Positions 1-11,615 of a stretch of DNA of 64,000 bases are shown here, piece by piece. Source of the stretch: Squalus acanthias. Lineage: Eukaryota. Made by a program: the position numbers and the translations under genes. Under the pieces are notes generated by a model. The model saw nothing but the letters and a program-made list of their open reading frames with translations. It was not told the origin of the DNA and ran no database searches. The stretch is from positions 131,008,001 to 131,072,000 of the forward strand of contig CM059431.1 of NCBI GenBank assembly GCA_030390025.1. Direction: 5' to 3'. How positions within the stretch are numbered: the stretch's first letter is position 1; every line of letters begins with the position of its first letter.

Positions 1-637
1 CAATCTCAGATTTAAAATTAACAATAGATCTAGCATCAATTGCCGTTTGCGGAAAACAGTTCCAAACTTCTACCACCCTTTGTGTGTAGAAGTGTTTCCT
101 AATTTCACTCCTGAAAAGTCTGCCTCTAATTTTTAGACTATGCCCCCGAATCCTAGAATCCCCAACCAGCGGAAATAGTTTCTCTCTCTCTACCCTACCT
201 GTTCTCCTGAATATCCTGAAAACTTCGATCAGATCACCCCTTAACCTTCTAAATTCTTGGGAATACAACCCTAATTTCTGTAATCTTGCCTTGAAGTCCT
301 GGTATCATTCTAGTAAACCTACGCTGCACTCCCTCCATGGCCAATATATCTTTCCTGAGGTGTGGTGCCCAGAACTGCTCACAGTACTCCATGTTTGGTC
401 TAACCAGGGCCTTGTACAGCTGCAACATAACTTCTACCCCCTTGTATTCTAGTCTTCTAGATATAATGGCCAGCATTCCATTAGCCTTTTTGAATATTTT
501 CTGTACCTGGTCATAACATTTTCATGATCTATGTACTTGGACCCCCAAGTCTCTTTGGCTTGGGTTTTTAGCTTTTCACCATTTAGAAAGTACCCTGTTC
601 TATCCTTTTTAGGTCCAAAGTGGATGACCTAACATAC
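1..637 (-). mobile_element. CR1 LINE ORF2 3' fragment (decayed)
   Basis: Minus translation LQLYKALVRPNMEYCEQFWAPHLRKDILAMEGVQRRFTRMIPG matches the CR1 RT C-terminus and the other CR1 copies here. Confidence 0.9.
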
Positions 638-639
638 CA

Positions 640-778
640 ACATTGTTTTTATTTCCAGATTTAAAAAATACTGAATTCAAATGATCATGGTGGGATTTGA
701 AGTCATATTTTCTAGATTCTTACTCCAGGCCTCTGGACTATTAGTCCAGTAACATAATCACTATACAGTACTACCATT
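640..778 (-). mobile_element. 5' fragment of a tRNA-derived SINE (same family as 17989-18377)
   Basis: Reverse complement resembles ggactagtaatcca...ttcaaatcccacca...tttgaattcag...aaatctggaa of the 17989 copy. Confidence 0.6.
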
Positions 779-892
779 CCCCTATCACTATCACGCACTG
801 GTTTCCAATTAGGGACCAAAAGAAATGTAGTCAGCGTTGCATGACATCAAGAATACATTTTTTGGTTTACTTTATTCTTGAATGAAAGAGAA

Positions 893-1322
893 AAGAAAGA
901 ACTCGTATTTATATAGCGCCTTTCATAACTGCAGAACATTCCTAAGTGCTTTACAGTATTTTGAAGTGTAATCACTGTTATAATGTAAGGAAACATGGCA
1001 GCCAATTTGTGCACAAACAGCAATGAGATAATCTATTTTTTAGTGGTATTGGATGAGGCATAAATATTGACCAGGACACCAGGAGAACTCCCTGTTCTTC
1101 TTGGAATAATGTCACAGGAACTTTTACACCCACCTGAGAGATCAGACAGAACCTCTGTTTAACATCTCATCTGAAAGGCAGCACCTCCGACAATACAGCA
1201 CATCCTCAGTCCTGCACTGACGTTTCAGCCTGGATTATGTGCTCAGGTCTCCGGAGTGGGGCTTGAACTGATACCATTCTGACTCCAAGGCAAGAGTTTT
1301 GCCACTGAGCCAAGGCTAACAC
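893..1322 (-). mobile_element. Deu-domain SINE (SacSINE1/AmnSINE1-like)
   Basis: Minus strand has a tRNA-like head (ggctcagtggc...gttcaagcccc), a Deu-like core and an L2-type tail ending aaggcgctatataaat. Family name is from recall. Confidence 0.7.
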
Positions 1323-2014
1323 AATAACGTAATAGAATCCCATCCCAACCTCCTCCCACCTTTTAAGGCTGGTAAATATGGTTTGATGGGGCTCGAGATG
1401 TCATTCACACAAGAGCTAAATATTGCTGTTGTCCTGGCCAGTAGCTCTGGCACAGTCAGATTCTCAGTACATCAGCATGCCCTACCTTCCTTGAAAATGT
1501 TGACTTTTTACACTTTCATTGGTACATTTTTAACAATTGGATTATTATTACAATTTGCCTTTTAAATATGGAAAAGTTATTTTCTGATATGAATACTACA
1601 TCTTATGAATGTACCTGCTTAAGTGAAGACTAAATGCTGCAATGGTGAATCATGTACATTTGAGTAATCTATTAACAAAATAATACATTAAACATACTTT
1701 TATTTGACTCGTTTCTTGCTATATCATTGTTGGAACATGGGGCATGTTGGAACATGGAGAAGGAAGAGGCAGAGAGGTTGATGGGAAATTAAGGCTAGCT
1801 TATGAGGCAAATGAACTAGCTTGGTATTTAAATTATATTTCCTTACAACTAGAATGGTCATTAGTTTCAAGGTCTCCATTAACTGTTGAATAAAGAAGGT
1901 TTGTAGGAAGTTTAAAACAAAGATAAGGGGAGCCTAAGCCTTGTCTCTGTCTAATTAGGATAGAAGTGAGAAGTCGCACAACACCAGGTTATAGTCCAAC
2001 AGTTTTATTTGAAA

Positions 2015-2053
2015 TCACAAGCTTTCGGAGCTGCTGCCCCTTCGTCAGGTGAA
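2015..2053 (-). ncRNA. Minimal type I hammerhead ribozyme (antisense arm)
   Basis: Reverse complement reads tcac-CTGACGA-a-ggggc-agca-gctcc-GAAA-gc-tt-gtga. Confidence 0.8.
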
Positions 2054-2346
2054 GTGAAGGAATATGAATCGGCAAACCATATATAGACAGAGAACAATGC
2101 ATGTGTAGCATACAATCTCAGACGACTACATTTAATCCTTCTGACTGACTTTCGTCACACCTCGGCAGAGAAACAATCAGGTCAGCCAGGAAGGCACCAC
2201 ATCAAAGACATAGCAAGATACAACTGAGACAATGAGGTGGGGTCACATTCAGGAATGAATCGGTTTCATTCCTGGACACACGAATCTCCATCAAAGACGG
2301 ACACCTCAGTACTTCATTCTACCGCAAGCCCACAGACAACCTCACG

Positions 2347-3228
2347 ATGCTCCACTTCTCCAGCTTCCACCCTAACCACGTTAAAGAAGCCATCCCCTAT
2401 GGACAAGCCCTGCGAATACACAGGATCTGCTCAGACGAGGAGGAACGCGATGGACACCTACGGACGCTGAAAAACGCCCTCGTAAGAACGGGATATGACG
2501 CTCGACTCATCGATCGACAGTTCCGACGGGCCACAGCGAAAAATTGCATAGACCTCCTCAGAAGGCAAACACGGGACACAACCAACAGGGTACCCTACGT
2601 CGTCCAGTACTTCCCCGGAGCGGAGAAACTACGCCATGTTCTTCGCAGCCTTCAACATGTCATCGATGATGACAAACACCTCGCTAAGGCCATCCCCACG
2701 CCTCCACTACTTGCCTTCAAACAGCCGCCTAACCTCAGAAGTACCATCGTTCGCAGCAAATTACCCAGCTTTCAGGATAACAGCGACCACGACACCACAC
2801 AACCCTGCCATGGCAAACTCTGCAAGACATGCCAGATCATCAACACAGACACCACCATCACACGTGAGGACACTACCCACCAGGTACATGGTACATACTC
2901 ATGTGACTCGGCCAACGTTGTCTACCTCATACGTTGCAGGAAAGAATGCACCGCGGCATGGTACATCGGCGAGACCATGCAGACACTGAGACAACGTATG
3001 AACGAGCACCGCGCAACAATCGCCAGGCAGGATTGTTACCTCCCAGTCGGGGAACACTTCAGCAGTCAAGGACATTCAGCCTCGGATCTGCGGGTAAGCG
3101 TTCTCCAAGGCAACCTTAGAAACACACGACAACGCAAAATCATCGAGCAGAAACTGATAGCCAAGTTCCGCACTCATGAAGACGGTCTCAATCGGGATCT
3201 TGGGTTTATGTCACGATACATGACGTGA
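2347..3228 (+). CDS. Penelope RT thumb/linker plus GIY-YIG endonuclease (RT palm missing)
   Basis: Open 293 aa with NVVYLIRC...WYIGET...RMNEHR and Cys/His linker motifs. Homology extends upstream to ~2257 (ESVSFLD...YRKPT). No YxDD motif is present. Confidence 0.9.
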   Translation: MLHFSSFHPNHVKEAIPYGQALRIHRICSDEEERDGHLRTLKNALVRTGYDARLIDRQFRRATAKNCIDLLRRQTRDTTNRVPYVVQYFPGAEKLRHVLRSLQHVIDDDKHLAKAIPTPPLLAFKQPPNLRSTIVRSKLPSFQDNSDHDTTQPCHGKLCKTCQIINTDTTITREDTTHQVHGTYSCDSANVVYLIRCRKECTAAWYIGETMQTLRQRMNEHRATIARQDCYLPVGEHFSSQGHSASDLRVSVLQGNLRNTRQRKIIEQKLIAKFRTHEDGLNRDLGFMSRYMT

Positions 3229-3561
3229 TCCGGACTCGAGTCGTCGTTAGCTTGTTCACAGATGTGATTCCCAGTAAAAAAAGTAAAAATTTTCCCAGTA
3301 AAAAAGTAAAAAAATGTTAAAGCTTTTCGTTTTACATACAGACGGCAGCTTTTGACACGTTAGAACCCCTGCGACTACACCTCATTGTCTCAGTTGTATC
3401 TTGCTATGTCTTTGATGTGGTACCTTCCTGGCTGACTTAATTAACTTTATCACACCTCGGCAGATAGTCAGGATGATTTAATTTATTGGTCTGCAATTGT
3501 AAAGTACACATTCTTTGTTTTCCATCTATATATGCTTTGGAGATTCTGTATCTAATTTACT

Positions 3562-3604
3562 TCACCTGAGGAAGGAGCAAATCGATAGCTCCGAAAGCTT
3601 GTGA
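3562..3604 (+). ncRNA. Minimal type I hammerhead ribozyme (sense arm)
   Basis: tcac-CTGAGGA-a-ggagc-loop-gctcc-GAAA-gc-tt-gtga. Palindromic aagctt replaces stem III, as in Penelope minimal hammerheads. Confidence 0.8.
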
Positions 3605-3699
3605 TTTCAAATAAAACTGTTGGACTATAACCTGGTGTTGTGCGACCTCTCAATTTTGTCCACCCCAGTCCAACACCGGCATCTCCGCATCATGAGCAA

Positions 3700-3955
3700 T
3701 TATAATCAGGGATGCTCAAGAGGGCAGAATTTGAGGAGCACAGATATCTCGTGGGGTTGTGGGGCTGAAGGAGATTAAAGAGATAAGGGGGGCAAGGCCA
3801 TGGAGGGATTTGAAAACAAGGATGAGAATTTTGAAATCGAGGCAAAGCTTAATGGGGAGTCAATGGAGGCCAGCGAGCACAGGGATGATGAGTGATGATT
3901 GGTGCAAGTTAAGACATGGGCAGCTGAGTTTTGGATGATCTCAAATTTACGTAGA
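3700..3955 (-). mobile_element. L2-clade LINE 3' fragment
   Basis: LRKFEIIQNSAAHVLT followed by a frameshifted L2-like 'ITPVL..LHWLP' segment. Confidence 0.7.
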
Positions 3956-4273
3956 TTCATGTACAAGGACCTCCAAATCCCTTTGAATCCCAACATATAC
4001 TAATCTCTCACCTTTTAAAAAATATTTTGCTTTTCCATACTTCCTACCAAAGTGGATAATTTCTCACTTCCCCAGATTGTACTCCATCTGCCACCTTCTT
4101 GCCCAATCATTTAACTCTATATCCCTTTGCAGCCTCTTTGCATCCTCCTCACAGCTTACTTTCCCACCTAGCTTTGTATCATCAGCAAACTTGGATATAT
4201 TACACTCAGTCCCCTCATCTAAGTCATTAATATAGATTGTAAATAGCTGAGGCCCAAGCACTGATCCTTGCGG
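3956..4273 (-). mobile_element. CR1 RT fragment (3' side of the CR1 interrupted by LTR-A)
   Basis: PQGSVLGPQLFTIYINDLDEG...KFADDTKL, ending abruptly at the LTR terminus at 4274. Confidence 0.9.
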
Positions 4274-5449
4274 TGAAAGGATATTTACTAGTCCTAGCCC
4301 CCTTTGGGGCTATCCCGGATCAGGCGTATTTCTCAGATGTTCACTTTCAACTAAAGTTTGAGTAGCCGAATCCTAAAGACGCTTAACTGGGTCTAAAGGT
4401 CTGAGCTATTTCTCCCTAAAGGAAAGGAACAACCCGAGAATGTTACCGTCCTCCAGATAGCGCTTTTAATAAGTTTAGCTAGACTGTAACATCCCGGATA
4501 TTATGAGGGTCCGGAGAATTCCCCTCAGAAATGTAACTCTCCACCAAAGAGTGTACAGAGATTGAGTTTGTGAGTTATTGATACAGAAGACTTATGTGAG
4601 ACAATTCTAAAAATATATAGAGATTTATTAAAAGAACCGACATGCAATTTACAGTTGGTGAATCAGTCAATCGCAATGTTAACAGTTCTAAAAAGAGAAA
4701 AAATACGATCTTATTTTTAACAGAGAATCTTACTTTTAAATCTGAACTTCGCTACAGTATTACAGTTCTTAAAGTTTTCTATACAGGATATCCATCAATA
4801 TCAAAATACGTTTGATCCCTGAGGTACAAAGAGTGAAAGACCACAGAACCGCCTCTGTAGTCGAGAACCGCCTTGCCCAATTAAAGCGAATCTGATAACC
4901 CATTTGAGACTTCAATATTTATACCCTTTTTCAGTTGTATTTCCTTTAAGGTTTCTGCTGATGCAAGTTAATTATCACTATTCATCTTTCTTCTGACCTT
5001 TGCAATTCTTTACTGCCACATCAGCTTGTAATATTCCAGAATCTGCCACATCTCCAGGTGTTCTGGGTTCAACATATAAAAAGTTGTGAAAGGCAGATGT
5101 CCCTTATTTTATGTGCCATCTTTACGAAGTTTAATTTATATCACATAGCCAGGGGTTGACCATTGTGTTGTTTCCAAAAGGTCAGCCACTCAGAGCCATC
5201 CCATTCTTCTGTTTCAATAAGGTTATTTATTCAGGGTCAACAACTTGTCCTGTTTCAATAGCCAGAATTCTTTCATAGCTATTTCATAGTTAGGTTTCTA
5301 AATTTCCAAACCCAGTTTGTCATGTTTTAAAGAATTTATAAGGTAGAGTTCCTTATAAGGTACTCTTCAGGGTCAACCACTGTCATATCTCAACAAGGCC
5401 AGAATTCTTTCATAAGATAGTGTATTTTTCTAAAAAGGTTATATAGTAT
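4274..5449 (-). mobile_element. LTR family A (solo-type), lacking its first ~12 bp
   Basis: Minus strand ends ...atcctttCA and is homologous at both ends to 18707-20458. The missing 5' tip is at 58216-58227. Confidence 0.8.
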
Positions 5450-5886
5450 GGGGGAAAAATTCAGTTGGTTGCACCTCCCGTTAGCGCCTTAAGAGGGCGC
5501 TAATGGGGCGCAAAGCAACTAGCGCCCGGGCGCGGCAATGTTTGCGCCGCTTGCGAAATTAACTAGACATTTTGTGGCGGCGCTAAACACTACCGCCACG
5601 ATCTCCTGCGCCGGCAGATCGTGACATCAGCCGAGTGCGCAACGCCTCGGTAGCGCCCCAGAGTGGATATTGAGTGGTGCCCCCTGCCTTACCGCCTGCC
5701 GCTAGCAACAACAGGTTGAGGGGAGCATTTTGCAGTCAGGAAGGGACTGGGGGAGCGCTATTTAAGGGCGACCGCTTCCTGCATTTTTTTGTTGGTGACA
5801 TTTTTGAACCACGCATTCTGAGAGAGAGAGAGAGAGACTTCTGGAGAGATTCAACGCTGTGTGAAGGAGTTTTGTGTACTGAGCAG
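5450..5886 (+). mobile_element. Harbinger MITE family A, left half
   Basis: Starts with TIR gggggaaaaattc after TAT and aligns with the complete copy at 31119-32010. Interrupted after gagcag by an LTR. Confidence 0.92.
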
Positions 5887-6594
5887 TGTAGGGGGTGGTG
5901 GTTTGTGTCAGCTTCGCCTCTGATTTCTGAGCGGTTCGAATCGCTCCCACTCCCTTGGTTCTAGACCTTGGACTTATTTGGGGGTTGTGACAAAAAGTGC
6001 AGCAGACAACTGGTTTTGATGCAAGAACTTTGATCTTTATTCAAGAAAGTAAAACACAACACAAACACTCTTTACACTCTAAAAGTGGGGAACACTTCGG
6101 TACAAGCGAGGGAAATAACATTAGAAGAATACTTCACCCCTCCCAATCCCACTTCACTAGCTAGGTTGGACTCCAGAGGACCAGGGATGATACTCACCAG
6201 AATCCTTGACAGTTGGGTTAGTTCGCGGTTTTGGGGTTCACTCTATATGTTGGTTGGTGTCTGCCGTACCCCGTACGTGGTAGAGGACTTCAACTGCGTA
6301 TCTGGTCAGTCTTCGCGAGTCCGCTGATGCGGTAGGGTGCGTATTGGATCTATCAGGTGAGTACCCAGTTTTCTTTGGTTTAGAAGTAGGGTTTAGAGTT
6401 TTTTAGGGAAAATCTTACCCAGGGGTAAGTCAGGAGTAGATTGTAGAGTGGAAACTTTGCGGATCTTCGGTTTTTCTTCGAGTTGGTTTTCTTTGGTCGC
6501 GGTGGCCCAATATTGGTACTTGGCGTTCGGTTAGTTGGTTTCGTGAGGGCCTTGTTGCCGCGAGGTGTCCGATGGTCACTGAGGCGGTCGTTCA
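5887..6594 (-). mobile_element. Distal 708 bp of provirus LTR (family B)
   Basis: Reverse complement of 59456-60162 with about 15 substitutions counted by eye. Ends ...ccctaCA and abuts MITE sequence rather than gag, so it is a 3' LTR end. Confidence 0.95.
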
Positions 6595-7670
6595 GAAGCA
6601 GAGTCACTCACCGCAGAATACCCAGCCTCTGACCTGCTCTTGTCGCCACAGTATTTATCTGGCTGGTCTAGATAAGTTTCGGCGATGGTAATGCTGTTGA
6701 ATGTCAAGGGGTGGTGTTACTTGGAGGGAAACTTGGAGGTGGTGGTGTTCCCAAGCATCTGCTGCCCTTGTCCTTCTAGGTGGTAGAGTCGTGGGTTTGG
6801 GAGGTGCTGCCAAAGAAGCCTTGGCGAGTTGCTGCAGTGCCTCTTGTAGATGGTACACACTGCAGCCATGGTACACCGGTGGTGGAGGGGGTGAATGTTT
6901 AAGGTGGTGGATGGGGTGCCAATCAAGCGGGTTGCTTTGTCTTGGATGGTATCGAGCTTCTTGAGTGTGGTTGGAGCTGCACTCATCCAGGCAAGTGGAG
7001 AGTATTCCATCACACTCCTTACTTGTGCCTTGTAGATAGTGGAAAGGCTTTGGGGAGTCTGGAGGTGAGACACTTGCTGCAGAATACCCAGCCTGTGACC
7101 TGCTCTTGTTGCCACAATATTTATGTGGCTGATCCAGTTAAGTTTTTGGTCAATGGAGACACCCAGGATGTTGATGGTGGGGGATTCGGTGATGATAATG
7201 CCGTTGAATGTCAAGGGGCGGTGGTTAGATGCTCGCTTGTCGGAGATAGTCATTGCCTGGCACTTCTGTGGCACGAATGTTACCTGCCACTTATCAGCCC
7301 ATGCCTGAATGTCGTCCAGGTCTTGCTGCATGCGGGCATGGACTGCTTCATTATCTGAGGAGTTGTGAATGGCACTGAACACTATGCAGTCATCAGGGAA
7401 CATCCCCACTTCTGACCTTATGATAGAGGGAACGTCGTTGATGAAGCAGCTGAAGATGGTTGGGCCTAGGAACTCTGGCAGCCATGTCCTGGGGCTGTGA
7501 TGATTGACCTCCAACCACTACAACCATCTTCCTTTGTGCTAGGTATGACTCCAGCCAGTGGAGAGTTTTCCCCCCCGATTCCCATTGACTTCAGTTTTAC
7601 CAGGGCTCCTTGATGCCACACTCGTTCAAATACTGCTTTGATGTCAAGGGCAGTCACTGTCACCTCACCT
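6595..7670 (-). mobile_element. CR1-group LINE RT fragments (clade uncertain, Zenon-like)
   Basis: ALDIKAVF...LGPTIFSCFIND...DD...YKAQVRSVMEYSPLAW. The stretch 6600-6715 repeats 7070-7225. Confidence 0.85.
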
Positions 7671-8048
7671 TGTTAATGAAGACTGTACAAGTTTTCTTAT
7701 TTCAAAAACTACAACTTTCAATATATTAAAATTTCTCTCAATTTTAGTACTTTGTATTAGTCTCCTGCATGCAGGCAGTGGTAAGACTTTACACTTGTGT
7801 GGTCACAGTTTTGAGTCACAGTGCTGTTTGACATTCAGCTTTGCTAGGTAAATGTCTGAGGATTCACCAACTGTCAGCTTAGTGAACAACATCCTAGAAG
7901 TGGAACACTACAAATCACAGGAACTAACCAAACCTGACATTTTCTAACTTATCCAGTGGCAACTGTACCTTCTGTCATCTGAATATGATGAAATAAAATG
8001 TGGAAAAATACACGACCTGCAAGTAGCTGTGGGGAATAAAAAGATAAT

Positions 8049-8905
8049 GGCCTAGTACTTCGACCACACCCGAAAAGGTTGACACGTTGACATGGTTCCA
8101 GGCAGCGCATTAAATTTGTGCTGGGACTTCGTTATAATGAGTCAGGTGTGCAGCCAGTCCTACTCACGTTTAGCGTTGGCTATCCGCCTGCATCTTTTAA
8201 GGGGGAGGTGCACTCTGGCTGCAGACAGGAAGTTACACTTCTGAAGACAGAAATGGCTGGAAGAAGCATTAATAGGGCATCCAGATTCTCAAATGCTGCT
8301 TTGGAGGCATGGTCCAGGCGGTGGACAGGAGGAATAAGATCCTGTTCCCCTCAGGAGGCAAAATTCCCTCCAGGCAATAACTCTGCCACCAGTGGGACAC
8401 ATCACAGAGGAGATCAATGCCAGGAGCTTAGCTACCAGTGCATGGCTTCAATGCTGAAAGAAGTTCAATGACTTCACCAGCATTGTCAAGGTAACAATAT
8501 TACTATCTTACTCTCTGCTCACACCTCCACCACCTCCAGTCTCACTACTTACAATATTCCCCTCCTCCGCTCCCCTTCACTCTCCTACAATCACTGCACC
8601 ACACTTCATTCTTCTCCTCATAATCACTCACTCATTACTTTTGCAGCCCTCACTTCCCCACATCTCACATCTGATACACGGTATACCAACTATTTCAGCA
8701 CAACATGCACATTCTCTAAACACCTCACAAGACTGTCATTAAAAAACTCCCTTCTTTCTTGCAGAAGAAGGTTGCATGCAACGCAAGATAGGAGGCTGGC
8801 AGTGGAGGAGACCGAGCCTACCTGCACACCCTCTTCCCTTTGAAGAAAGCGTGCTGGCAATCAAGGGCAGGGGCAGAGTCCTGGCTGTGGTGACTAGTAT
8901 AGCTA
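8049..8905 (+). pseudogene. Harbinger remnant: promoter end plus decayed Myb/SANT exons 1-2
   Basis: MAGRSINRASRFSNAALEA, then frameshifted KKFNDFTSIVK with a GT donor (~8491) and an acceptor ttgcag (~8764) before KKVACN. Same exon layout as the Myb gene at 13088-15123. Confidence 0.7.
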
Positions 8906-8909
8906 GTAT

Positions 8910-9540
8910 CTACTCTGGGTGGGGGACTTCAATGCTGGTCCAGTTGTGGTTATGAGAGCGGGTCAGAGACTGGGTATTCTGTGGCGAGTGACTCACCTCC
9001 TTACTTCCATCTACAAGTCAGGAAAGTCAGGAGTGTAATGGAATACTCTCCACTTGCCTGGATGAGTGCAGCTCCAACAACACTCAAGAAGCTCGACACC
9101 ATCCAGGACAAAGCAGCCCGCTTGATTTGCACCCCATCCACCAACTTAAACATTCACTCCCTCCACCACCGGTGCACCGTTGCTGCAGTGTGTACCATCT
9201 ACAAGATGCACTGCAGCAACTTGCCAAGGCTTCTTCGACAGCACCTCCCAAACCTGCGACCTCTACCACCTAGAAGGACAAGGGCAGCAGGCGCATGGGA
9301 ACACCATCACCTGCAAGTTCCCCTCCAAGTCACACACCATCCTGACTTGGAAGTATATCGCCGTTCCTTCATCATCGCTGGGTTAAAATCCTGGAACTCC
9401 CTCCCTAACAGCACTGTGGGAGTACCATCACCTTATGGACTGCAGCCGTTCAAGAAGGCAGCTCACCACCACCTTCTCAAGGGCATTTAGGGATGGGCAA
9501 TAAATGCCGGCCTTGCCCACATCCTATGAATGAATAATAT
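8910..9540 (+). mobile_element. 3' end of the same CR1-group LINE family as 6595-7670
   Basis: MEYSPLAWMSAAPTTLKKLDTIQDKA...FKKAAHHHLLKG, followed by a 3' UTR ending atgaatgaata. Confidence 0.88.
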
Positions 9541-10199
9541 AATAACATATGGAGGGGTATTTTAAAACTGAATACTTAAGGAATGTGCCATTGTAGGATT
9601 TTTTAACATGTGTTATTTGTATTTTTCCCCTGGTTGGCCCTGTGTTTTTCATGATTCTTTGCCTTTTCCTGGAAATTACATCGCTGCGAAGTGTCTAGTC
9701 GTGATGCTCCAGCCATCATGAGTGTGGGGCAACATTGATGGAGTAACTGGTCTTTTCCTGCCCATCATTTTCACATATTCGTATGTTCTTCTATTATAGC
9801 CAGCCTTTGTTTTAAGCATTAATACCCAAATGCATTTGATTCTAAACGTTATTTAGTATACCCCTTGGAACATTTCCCCCACAGTTGATAGACATCTCAC
9901 TGACAGGATGGCGCGGCCACCTGCAAGAGAATTGGGCTCAAGTGGACAATAGAGCAATCCACCTAGCACATCAATCGACTGGGATTAAGGGCAGTACTGT
10001 TAGCTCTGGAACAGTTCCAAGAACAAAGTGCAGATCAAGTCAGTATATGTATAGTTGTTTAATGTTATGGTAGTCTACCACATCATATGGGGGGGGGAGG
10101 GGGGGGGGGGGTCTCATTCTAGGTATCTTTATCAAGATGTAATCTTACTAGCCTGCTGATATCTGGGTCATCAGATTACTCTCTTGGCTCAGTAATTAC

Positions 10200-10890
10200 A
10201 CTCAGTATCCTCACCATACACCTTAAAGAGCGTAATATCCAACCAGATATTGCACAGTTCAGACATTTTTGTGAGTTAAGGATGTCTAAAGATAGACCAG
10301 TGTTTCTGCTGGAGGATAGAGACCAATTTAGCCTGGAGTCTCAATGGTTTCTCCCTTTCCTCGACATGGTAATTTCTGTGTGCCTTTCCCCTGTTTCTCC
10401 TAATCTCATTGGTAGTTCAAAAAAGATGCTAATTTACGAACCATGGTTCTTGAACATCATGCACTGAGTGGAGGCAGAATCCCACTGCTTCACAGGAGGG
10501 ATCTACCCCGACAACTCATCCTGATATTGCATCCAGATCTGGAAACAGTCTGGTTGAAATCAGTTTGGATTGTTGGTGGGGCAATCATTGGTGTCCTGTT
10601 TAATTCAAGCTATTTGGAAATTGTGCTCAGTTGGGCCTGCAATGCTTTTTACATGGGAAACTGCATTGTTGTCAGCATTAGTTTCTTCTTACAGAGTTAG
10701 TGAACTGCAAGCCCTTACTGTAGATCTGTCACATCTGACTTGGCATTCTGACAAAGCAGGCCTTAAGTTTCACCCAAGGTAGTTTCTTTATCTAAGATAG
10801 TTTTCCAGCTTCTTTTGTATCAATAAATTCCCATCATGTTATCCACTGCCACAAGGTCAGAATTAGAATGTGGCTTCCACAATTAGATGC
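10200..10890 (+). pseudogene. Decayed DIRS-like retrotransposon (tyrosine recombinase remnant)
   Basis: TWETALLSALVSSYRVSELQALTVDLSHLTWHSDKAGLKFHPR resembles the DIRS1 YR box 'KTAFLLA..S.RRVSELQAL...DKV.L.P'. Confidence 0.7.
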
Positions 10891-11615
10891 TCACAGTTAT
10901 TATAGTCCGGAAATAATTGCCATCAATGTTATTCTACAAACACTTAATGCATTTATATCAAATTCTTTACTTTGCTATGTTTATCTAGGCTAAACCTGTT
11001 TATTTTAAGATGGTAAACACCTCCCATTTAAAATAAACAGATGAATGAATCCATTAGAATAGCAAACAGATGAATTTGATATGAACATGTTAAGAAACTT
11101 TGGGGGAAAAATTCAGTTGGTTGCGCCTCCCGTTAGCGCCTGTAGAGGGCGCTAATGGGGCGCAAAGCCGCTAGCGCCCGGGCGCAGCGATGTTTGCGCC
11201 GCTCGGGAACTTAACTAGACATTGTGCGGCGGCGCTAAACTTTACCGCCGCGACCACCTGCGCGCGCAGATTGTGACGTCATTCCATGGTGCAACGCCCT
11301 TGTGGCGCCCCGGAGCGGAAATTGAGTGGCGCCCCCTGCCTTACCGCCTGGCGCATCCAATGACCGGAAGACTGGAACACTATCAATCGCTGTGGGGCTG
11401 GGGGGGGGCGCTATTTAAAGGGGGCCTCTTCCTGTCTTTTTCTGTGGTTGACATTTTTGCACCACTCGTTCTGAGAGAGAGAGAGAGAGATTCGGAGAGA
11501 GAGAAAGAGAGACTTCTGCATTGAGTCAACGCTGTGTGAGGTAGTTTTGCCTACTGATCCTAACTTCGCTGGTACTTTGGTTGCTGTCCTTCATAACTTG
11601 GCTTGCAAAGGGACT

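Larger units (their letters stand above)
1959..3692 (+). mobile_element. Penelope-like retroelement, 5'-truncated, with inverted 5' pseudo-LTR
   Basis: GIY-YIG ORF flanked by ~285 bp inverted arms (1959-2245 vs 3372-3658). The right arm has a ~35 nt 3' extension. Each arm holds a hammerhead core. Confidence 0.92.

Noticed and set aside
5674..6607. Short ORFs recurring in MITE-A and LTR-B copies
   Set aside because: They recur only because the repeats are similar; they have non-ATG starts and variable ends.
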